IMG/VR virus record: IMGVR_UViG_3300028833_000104
Span: 36,765-100,764 of that record
DNA from: a virus
Lineage: Duplodnaviria > Caudoviricetes
DNA: 64,000 bases
Strand: one strand, 5' to 3'
Program-made: the position numbers and the translations under genes
The notes under the pieces: model-generated
What the model was told of the DNA's origin: nothing
What the model saw: the letters and a program-made list of their open reading frames with translations, nothing else
Database searches by the model: none
Part shown: positions 57,377 through 64,000 of the stretch, piece by piece
How positions within the stretch are numbered: position 1 is the first letter of the stretch
Layout of the letters: every line of letters starts with the position of its first letter

Positions 57377-57610
57377 TTACATACTTTCATGTATGGTACG
57401 TCTAATTACATCATCTTGTTGCTCTTTTGTAAGCTTAATAAAATTAACAGCATAACCACTAACTCTAATAGTTAATTGAGGATACTTTTCAGGATGAGCT
57501 TGAGCATCTAATAATAACTCTCTATCAAAAACGTTTACATTTAAATGATACCCTCCGTCATCGACATAGGTATCTAACATTTGTACTAAATTATCTACTC
57601 TTTCTGACAT
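57377..57610 (-). CDS. grcA: autonomous glycyl radical cofactor
   Basis: [23 protein letters not shown]; GGAGG RBS before ATG 57610. Confidence 0.9.
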   Translation of the reverse strand: MSERVDNLVQMLDTYVDDGGYHLNVNVFDRELLLDAQAHPEKYPQLTIRVSGYAVNFIKLTKEQQDDVIRRTIHESM

Positions 57611-57646
57611 TGTCCTTACCTCCAAGAATATAATTATTTTAGTAAA

Positions 57647-57672
57647 CAAAAAGCCGAACTAAATCGGCTTTT
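57647..57672. terminator. intrinsic terminator
   Basis: AAAAGCCGA/TCGGCTTTT inverted repeat. Confidence 0.75.
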
Positions 57673-57710
57673 ATCTTTTTACCTCAGAAATTCTAAATTC
57701 TATTTACTTA

Positions 57711-58142
57711 TTAAAACCAAAAACTATTCCAGAAGTTATTGAATCTTTGTCTAGCTTCTTCCATTTCCTTGAAATAGTCTTCAATGGTTTTTTGCTTTAC
57801 TTCCTCAATTTGGAATTCAACATTATCGCCATCATATTTATATGTTAGATGATAGCCATTATGCTTTTTTGAGAAATCATCTAACTCTTTTCTATATGCC
57901 TCATAAGCTTCTTGCTCTGCTTGTTTTAATTCGGCACGCTTTTCATTATTTTCCTTTACAAGTTTTAAATAATTATTTACTGCCCCATTAATGTTAGCTA
58001 ACTCTTGCTTCTTTTCCGCTAATGCTAATTCTTTCTTTTCTTTATTAGTATTAACCTCTTGTTCTGCTTTTTCAAGCTCCTTAACGTCGGTAAATTTCTT
58101 ACCTTCTAATTCCTTTAATTCTGATTCATAATATGTTTTCAT
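57711..58142 (-). CDS. coiled-coil hypothetical protein
   Basis: E/K-rich heptads; AAGGAG RBS. Confidence 0.7.
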   Translation of the reverse strand: MKTYYESELKELEGKKFTDVKELEKAEQEVNTNKEKKELALAEKKQELANINGAVNNYLKLVKENNEKRAELKQAEQEAYEAYRKELDDFSKKHNGYHLTYKYDGDNVEFQIEEVKQKTIEDYFKEMEEARQRFNNFWNSFWF

Positions 58143-58169
58143 TTTCTAACTCTCCTTTTAATTATAATA

Positions 58170-58485
58170 TCATATTTTGGAATCCTATTTCCAATAAATT
58201 TGATATCAATGATAACATAACTGAGGTGCTTATGCACGTTGATATTAAATTGTTTGACTGCTATCTACCATACCTTACTAACTAATGCTTTATTTTACTA
58301 GTCGCCTTCGCTACTAGCTTTCAACATATAGTCCTTCACAGTCCATTAAATTACAGTATTAAACGTATTTGTTGTTCTGTAACTTTCTTCTATCATGCTT
58401 TTAAAAAATTTTTCTTTATAGACATTAATAGATTTGCTGTACGCGACTTATGCAATTTTATTTAAAGAGGTTTGCCAACCACTTT
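58170..58485 (-). ncRNA. candidate structured ncRNA or long 5' leader
   Basis: About 400-nt intergenic gap containing several hairpins, downstream of two promoter motifs. Confidence 0.4.
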
Positions 58486-58551
58486 TTATTTCTTACATAT
58501 TATATATACAATATTTTTTTTACAAATAATTTAGTATTTTAAAATTTTCTA

Positions 58552-59088
58552 TTATTCACTTAAAATGATAACAATTTCATAATTTCCGTTAGAAGGTAAG
58601 GTACTTTCAGGTGTATTTTTATTTTCTATCATTCTTCTACAATCAGTAAGCATATCTAATAATGAGCCTGCTCTAGAATAATCTTCATTTTCTAATCACG
58701 TTTCTGCTTCTTCCATTGCATCAGTGAAGTTCTCAAATTCCAAATAAGTATTACAATTCCTTCTACAAATCCTTAAATCCTCTAATCTGTCCTTAACCTT
58801 ATTAATTACGGCATAATCCTTATCCTTATATTCCTTTAATCTATTACAAATATTAGATAATTCACGAAATTGTTCTTTATCACTTATATCAAATATTAAG
58901 GAATATCTATCGCTTAATTCAATTCCTTCTAATTTGTCCTCATCAACATCAGGTAAATTACATCTTCTATCATAAACTAAACTAGCAATATAATTTGTAG
59001 CATCATCTCTACCACAAACATAATCTTCATCCATAACTTGAAAGTTTCTACTTCTATCTCTTATTTGAACGATTAATTCTCTACCCAT
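58552..59088 (-). CDS. hypothetical protein
   Basis: Extends through a TGA to TAA 58552. Confidence 0.65.
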
Positions 59089-59513
59089 TATTCGTTACCT
59101 TCCTTATCTAACCCAAATTCTTTTATTAATCTATCATTCTCTTCCTTATTAATTCATCTACCATAACTAGTTTTAATCCAACCAGGATTTTCTTTTAACC
59201 ATTCTTCAACTCTTTCCTTACCTTCTTCCATCGATTCTACCCATTCAAAATGGTTGTCTGGAAATTCATATTCAAACATAACACGTTCATCCTCACCAAC
59301 TGCTCTAAAATGAGGTTCTGTATCATATCTATCATAATTACTTTGAAGTCATTCTATTTCAATAACATCATCATAACCAGCTGGTTTTACTACAATTTCA
59401 ATATAACTATTTTCACTATTTTTATTATATTCCATTAAATAGTTTAAGAGTTTAAGATGTAAACCTTTTTCTTGGTCTTTAACATCAAATCTCATATAAT
59501 TAGTTTCTATCAC
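59088..59513 (-). CDS. hypothetical protein; missed by the ORF track
   Basis: GTG 59513 to TAA 59088 with 2 TGA; fills the gap exactly. Confidence 0.65.
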
Positions 59514-59514
59514 A

Positions 59515-59703
59515 TTAATCACTTTCCCATCTTAATTTATGTAGTAAATCCTTATAATATCTTAATTGGTTTTCCAAATCCTGTTTAATAGATAATGGTT
59601 GTGGAATTGGATTCCAAGGCCATTTATATGTTTTATTTATCATTTTTAATGCCTTTTTTAGATATTTAATATACATTTTTAAATCTTTAACAGTATATCC
59701 CAT
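59515..59703 (-). CDS. hypothetical protein
   Basis: Short ORF with AAGGAG RBS. Confidence 0.55.
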   Translation of the reverse strand: MGYTVKDLKMYIKYLKKALKMINKTYKWPWNPIPQPLSIKQDLENQLRYYKDLLHKLRWESD

Positions 59704-59715
59704 AATTAATTCTCC

Positions 59716-60105
59716 TTATCTAGTTATATTCATTACATTAATTAATTTATAATAACCGTGACCTTTTTCATCCACGTCATGTTTACAAATTAATTTTGTT
59801 CCAACCTCGCCATTAAATCTAGACTTAGTAAATATCATTCCATATATTTCTACCTTATCAAATTCATATTTAATAGCATAGCTTTCAATAGCTAATAGGT
59901 CTTCGCTAGCAAATTTATATTTACCATCTACATATAAGACAAAACAATCAACTAAATCCTCAACATCATTATTGGTTTTAGCTATTACTTGTTCTTCTTT
60001 AACTACATCCATTTCACCAATATAATATCCGGTAACTTCTTTATCCTTTATAATAATATCTTCTTTACCTATTTCATAGATATTTGAATTAGTTCTTATA
60101 AACAT
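59716..60105 (-). CDS. hypothetical protein
   Basis: GGAGG RBS. Confidence 0.6.
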   Translation of the reverse strand: MFIRTNSNIYEIGKEDIIIKDKEVTGYYIGEMDVVKEEQVIAKTNNDVEDLVDCFVLYVDGKYKFASEDLLAIESYAIKYEFDKVEIYGMIFTKSRFNGEVGTKLICKHDVDEKGHGYYKLINVMNITR

Positions 60106-60115
60106 AAACTACCTC

Positions 60116-60448
60116 CTAAATATCTAGTACAACCAATTCCCAATTACCGTAATGGAAAGAATAATTATATTCATGCCATTCCATTCTTTCCCAAATAAAA
60201 GGCCAAGTTAATTCCTTATCTTCAAAATCCAATGGAATAAATGTACCTGTAATATCCTCAATTAATTCCTCTACATTTTTGACATAATAAGATTCTTCCA
60301 TTCATTCTTTTTTAGTGAATTTCTCAAATTCGCCTCTATCAATTTTATTTCCTTTATAAAATAAAACAGCAATATCATCGTCATATTGGTATTCTTTTCT
60401 GTTTTCTCTTTTATATATTGGTTTATAAATATCAGGTAATAAGCCCAT
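60116..60448 (-). CDS. hypothetical protein
   Basis: AAGGAGG RBS, ATG 60448, one TGA. Confidence 0.65.
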
Positions 60449-60460
60449 AATTTTACCTCC

Positions 60461-60967
60461 TTATGAATTATAAATATGCTCTTTTGCATCTTTTTCAGTT
60501 AAAAACCAAGAATGACCATATTCATGAATAGGATATTCAAATTCATCATATCCTCCACCATAATCGTCATCATATTCGCTAACAATAATAAATGATTTTT
60601 GCTTTTTATCTCAATGAGAATACTGCTCAACTGTTCTATGAAATAAATTTTTTGAAAAACTTAATTCAACTATTACATCATCTTCTTTTAAATTAACTAT
60701 CTTTTTAAGGGTATTAATATCAACATATTTTAATAGAGAATCTAAATATTCTTTAGCTGCTTTTTCAGCTTCACTTTTAGTTAAAAAGAATTTTATATTT
60801 AAGTCCTTCCAATTAAAACCCATATTTCTTCCAAAAACTTTAAAATTAATATAATGTGTATCTACTTTTACATCTGTATTATGACCTACTTCTCCTAATT
60901 TATTATAGTACCATATTCCTTCGGTCATAACTTGATATAATGTATCTTTGTCAAAATTATAATTCAT
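60461..60967 (-). CDS. hypothetical protein with duplicated FLTxxxA motif
   Basis: One TGA; FFLTKSEAE and WFLTEKDAK. Confidence 0.65.
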
Positions 60968-60977
60968 AATTTACCTC

Positions 60978-61229
60978 CTATCCGTATATTCCGTCTCAAC
61001 GTGTTTCAAATCTATTTACATAATATTTATCTTTACTTTCTATATAAAATACATCCTCTTTTTTAAAGTTAAATCTCAAATTATTTCTAGTATACTTACT
61101 ATAAATTCTATCTCCTTCAATTTTATAGATTATGGATTTATAATAACGATATTCTTCTTCATCATCCATTGGAGCGGTTTGTCTAACATATATACTATCT
61201 CCAATTTTTAACTCATCTATTTTTGACAT
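60978..61229 (-). CDS. hypothetical protein
   Basis: Extends past a TGA to TAG 60978. Confidence 0.6.
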
Positions 61230-61240
61230 AATATTACCTC

Positions 61241-62611
61241 TTAAAAATCTGCTACATTTTTATCAGTTCTAAAATCTAAAAATACTGGGAATCTCAAACT
61301 TAATCCACCATTTTGATTTGTTGTTTCTTCAAAATATTGAACAGAAATAATTTTACCAATATATGAATCAGGATTTTTTCAAATTTCTTGCCTTAATTCC
61401 TTACTTAATCCTGAACCTACTTTAACAGTATTTCCATCTTTATATCTAACTAATAAGGCACCTAACATATTAGCGAAATTTCCTGAACCTTCTTCATAAC
61501 CAATTACCTCTAAATCAAGGTCTTGCATTTTCTTTACTTTTAATAAAGAATTGGTTCTCTTAAATTCGTATCCAGCATCTAATATATTAATCATAATACC
61601 TTCTTCACCATTATCAACCATTTTATTTAGAATAGGCATTATTTGTTCTGTATCTTCACCTTCATATAAAATAGGTAGCATTTCAAAATAAGTATGGTTT
61701 AAATTTGCTAAATCAGTATCATAATTAACATCTTCCATAACAAAATTATTTCTAAAAATTTGAACTAGCATTTGTCTTCTACTTTTATATGGTCTATTAC
61801 AGAATTGGTTTTTAAATTCTGAGGCATTCATACAATCAAATACTAACATTTTTAAACCGTGTTTGATTCCATCTTTTCTAGAAATTTTCATACATGCTTT
61901 ATATTGCTCTTTTGAAGTTAATTTTATACCTACTGCTGGTCTTCCTTCTTCATCTAATTCAACAGTATAAGGATTTAATATAGTTAATTCACCATCTAAA
62001 CAAATATTATCAGGCATAGTTTCTAACATTTCTTTTTCTAAATCAACTAATCCTTCATATAATTGTCCTTGTCTAGTATAGAAAGTAACTTCACCATTTT
62101 CTTTAATAGCAATAATTCTAGAACCATCAATTTTTCTAGTTAAAGCAAAGGCCTTACCATTTACAATTTCAGGTTTATCAAAATATTTATTGGCAAGTTG
62201 AACGGAAAATTGCGGAATGAAGTTACCCATACATTTATTAATACTTAATACATCAACACCTAAGGTTAATGATTTTGTAATTATGGCATCAAATAATTCA
62301 TAATAATCCACTTCTAATAAATCTTTAAATTGTTGAACTTTACAAATATCCTCATCTCTACCAGTATTATGAGTTACTAAATAATTCATAAGCTCATACA
62401 TACTTGTAACTTCTTCACATTCCATTCAAATTTCTTTGTAAAGCTTCTTTTCTGATATACCCGTAATCTTATAAGGATTATAAATAAAATCTAAATATAC
62501 CTTAATATTTTGGTTATCATTATATTTTCGTAGAATATCCATTTTATAATTTCTTGAATTATTTTGTTGAATCTCATCAACAAATTCTTTAAATTTAATT
62601 AATGTTTCCAT
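61241..62611 (-). CDS. ATP-dependent DNA ligase
   Basis: RKIDGSR, LDGEL, EEGIM, LLKVK, GSG, SLRFPVF..FR.DK; joined through 2 TGA. Confidence 0.92.
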
Positions 62612-62631
62612 TCACACACCTCATATATAAA

Positions 62632-62640
62632 TTATACAAT
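62632..62640 (-). promoter_or_regulatory. ATTGTATAW motif, recurring phage promoter (about 20 copies in the window)
   Basis: Repeated just upstream of RBSs at most transcription-unit starts. Confidence 0.65.
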
Positions 62641-62692
62641 AAAAAAATAACTATCCATTACTGAATAGTTATTTTAGGAGGAATTTTTAAAT

Positions 62693-62785
62693 AACTTAGA
62701 GTAAGACCAAAACTTACATCTCCATCTCGAAATGATAGCATTCTATAAGGTAGCGCTAATTCCTTATTATTAAACCATCTAAGTC
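62693..62785 (-). ncRNA. tRNA-like RNA (non-canonical)
   Basis: 7-bp ACTTAGA/TCTAAGT acceptor-like stem next to a 5-bp GTAAG/CTTAC stem with 7-nt loop; no CCA. Confidence 0.45.
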
Positions 62786-62791
62786 TTTTTA

Positions 62792-62867
62792 TGGCAGGGG
62801 TACCAGGACTCGAACCCGGACACGAAGTTTTGAAGACTCCACGGCTACCATTACCTCTTATACCCCT
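62792..62867 (-). tRNA. tRNA-Trp(UCA), reads UGA
   Basis: AGGGGTA/TACCCCT acceptor, G73, encoded CCA; anticodon arm GGAGT-CTTCAAA-ACTTC; T arm CCGGG-TTCGAGT-CCTGG. Confidence 0.95.
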
Positions 62868-63028
62868 ATATGAATTGAATATCTACTCCTAGCCGCAGAT
62901 ATTCTAAGGTCTTTCTTTTTAGGTTATCTTCTAACCCCTGGATGTATGCAACCAAAAGTGTCTTCCAACTGTTACCTTTCACTAGGCGACCCTCTCCACT
63001 ATATTATTTTACATATAATATATACAAT

Positions 63029-63229
63029 TTATTTCCTCTTCTTATTGGTATTTCCATAATAATATGATTTATTGTTTAAATCATAACAATTATCAAAGTC
63101 TTTCTTCTTTCTCATTTGTTTAAAAGGAGCACATTTATTTCTTCCTTTAAATGCAATTATAGATAAACCAATTATGCCAATTATACCAATAATTATCATC
63201 ATTATTGTAAAAACAATTACTGAATCCAT
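63029..63229 (-). CDS. small membrane protein
   Basis: N-terminal hydrophobic helix; GAAGGTG RBS. Confidence 0.55.
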   Translation of the reverse strand: MDSVIVFTIMMIIIGIIGIIGLSIIAFKGRNKCAPFKQMRKKKDFDNCYDLNNKSYYYGNTNKKRK

Positions 63230-63264
63230 ATAATATCACCTTCCTTATAATATTATATACAATA

Positions 63265-63792
63265 TTAAATTATCTTAAACCAATTATCATTTAATAATAA
63301 ATTATATTTGTCTTCAATAGTATAATAGCATAATCTTTCATAATCCATTATTCTATCTAATTCATAATCCCAATCAACATCATTAGTTCGTATAGTTTTA
63401 ACTTTTCCATCAAATCCAACAAATTCAATGAATGTTTCCATTCCTGCATCATCTAAATATTCAGGAAATGTTTCATTTCTATATTCTAAAATTCTATTTA
63501 AAGGGAATTTTACTTTTTCTGTATTTTGAGAACAGTCATATTCTTTTTCTTCATCCTTAGTAGGTTTTCTAAAACATCTATCTTTACCTTGTTCATCCAA
63601 ATTTAAAGAAGATAGATTTGCCCTATAACTTCTAAATATTGAATAAATAACTCTTTTATAAATGTCTAGATAATTAGTTTCTCCATCCTTAAATTTTCTT
63701 AAACAAAAATTAGTTTCAGTAATTAACTGGTCAATATAATTTTCAAATAACTTTGATTTAATTTCATTTTCAGTAAAATTCATTTTATTCAC
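63265..63792 (-). CDS. hypothetical protein
   Basis: Intact ORF. Confidence 0.6.
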   Translation of the reverse strand: MNKMNFTENEIKSKLFENYIDQLITETNFCLRKFKDGETNYLDIYKRVIYSIFRSYRANLSSLNLDEQGKDRCFRKPTKDEEKEYDCSQNTEKVKFPLNRILEYRNETFPEYLDDAGMETFIEFVGFDGKVKTIRTNDVDWDYELDRIMDYERLCYYTIEDKYNLLLNDNWFKII

Positions 63793-63841
63793 CTCTATTT
63801 TTTAATTATATATACAATATACAATTGGAAAACAAAAAAAA

Positions 63842-63917
63842 TGGTGTGAGGTATGGGAATTGAACCCATATACCTGGTGCCACAAACCAGTGTCTTAACC
63901 TTTGGACTAACCTCACC
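63842..63917 (-). tRNA. tRNA-His(GUG)
   Basis: GTGAGGT/ACCTCAC acceptor with G-1; anticodon arm CTGGT-TTGTGGC-ACCAG; encoded CCA. Confidence 0.92.
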
Positions 63918-63932
63918 ATGTATAAAAATTTT

Positions 63933-64000
63933 TGGCAGGACCGGCAAGATTCGAACTTGCGATAGCCTTACGGTGTCTGGGTCAAAGCCAGATGTGTTCA
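63933..64000 (-). tRNA. tRNA with anticodon UUG (Gln), long variable region; 5' end lies outside the window
   Basis: TCTGG-CTTTGAC-CCAGA; GCAAG-TTCGAAT-CTTGC; CGGTCCT-G-CCA. Confidence 0.8.

Noticed and set aside
2898-60489. Short antisense or overlapping ORFs in the track (for example 2898, 4789, 7752, 8350, 8986, 14341, 18139, 26559, 28188, 33270, 34506, 36270, 41326, 41844, 43825, 47943, 51621, 54944, 59250, 60271)
   Set aside because: They shadow well-supported genes and show no recognisable motifs.
62690-62791. HDV-like theta ribozyme downstream of the suppressor tRNA
   Set aside because: No recognisable nested double-pseudoknot core; the sequence folds tRNA-like instead. A covariance search would be needed to exclude it fully.
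62792-62867. tRNA-Sec or Gly recoding (code 25)
   Set aside because: It is a 76-nt class I tRNA with a 7-bp acceptor, short variable loop and Trp-like identity elements, and TGA falls at Trp positions.
1-64000. CRISPR array, integrase, transposase, rRNA
   Set aside because: No regularly spaced repeats or diagnostic motifs were seen.
1-64000. Mycoplasma-type (code 4) bacterial chromosome
   Set aside because: There are no ribosomal or housekeeping operons, and the content (gp32-like SSB, gp21-like protein, Rnl1, DUF3310, ATP-dependent ligase, dense small ORFs) is phage-like.

Overview
AT-rich segment of a large tailed-phage genome that uses TGA as tryptophan (genetic code 4). Many conserved genes are split at in-frame TGA in the code-11 ORF track and rejoin into full-length proteins when TGA is read as Trp. 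The window also encodes a tRNA with anticodon UCA (62792-62867, minus strand). All CDS coordinates below are re-called by hand under code 4. Bases 1-8217 (+) carry accessory genes and a bacterial-type clamp loader (DnaX, HolB-like, HolA-like). From 8304 to the end everything is on the minus strand: (i) putative late/virion genes (two Kelch-type proteins, a Stealth protein, a DUF1796-GT fusion); (ii) a sigmaA-promoter operon with an Rnl2-type RNA ligase, a divergent PurA-like ligase and a vWA protein; (iii) NrdDG, an SNF2 helicase and a beta clamp; (iv) a 7-deazaguanine DNA-modification cluster (dpdA, queC-like, folE, queE, queD) with an unexplained PLP aminotransferase plus HAD phosphatase inserted between queC and dpdA, and a PRTase nearby; (v) dUTPase, NADAR, an Ntn peptidase and PhoH; (vi) PolA, SSB, primase, DnaB and DnaC; (vii) ThyX, a PNK-HD/CCA/Rnl1 tRNA-repair trio, GrcA and DNA ligase; (viii) the start of a tRNA cluster with extra structured-RNA candidates. 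The most notable points are the extended deazaguanine cluster (possibly a new base modification), blockwise segregation of TGA versus TGG codons that partly tracks promoter class, the vWA/PurA-like trio, and a small hairpin RNA with an anti-Shine-Dalgarno loop. All assignments come from reading motifs by eye; no database searches were run.
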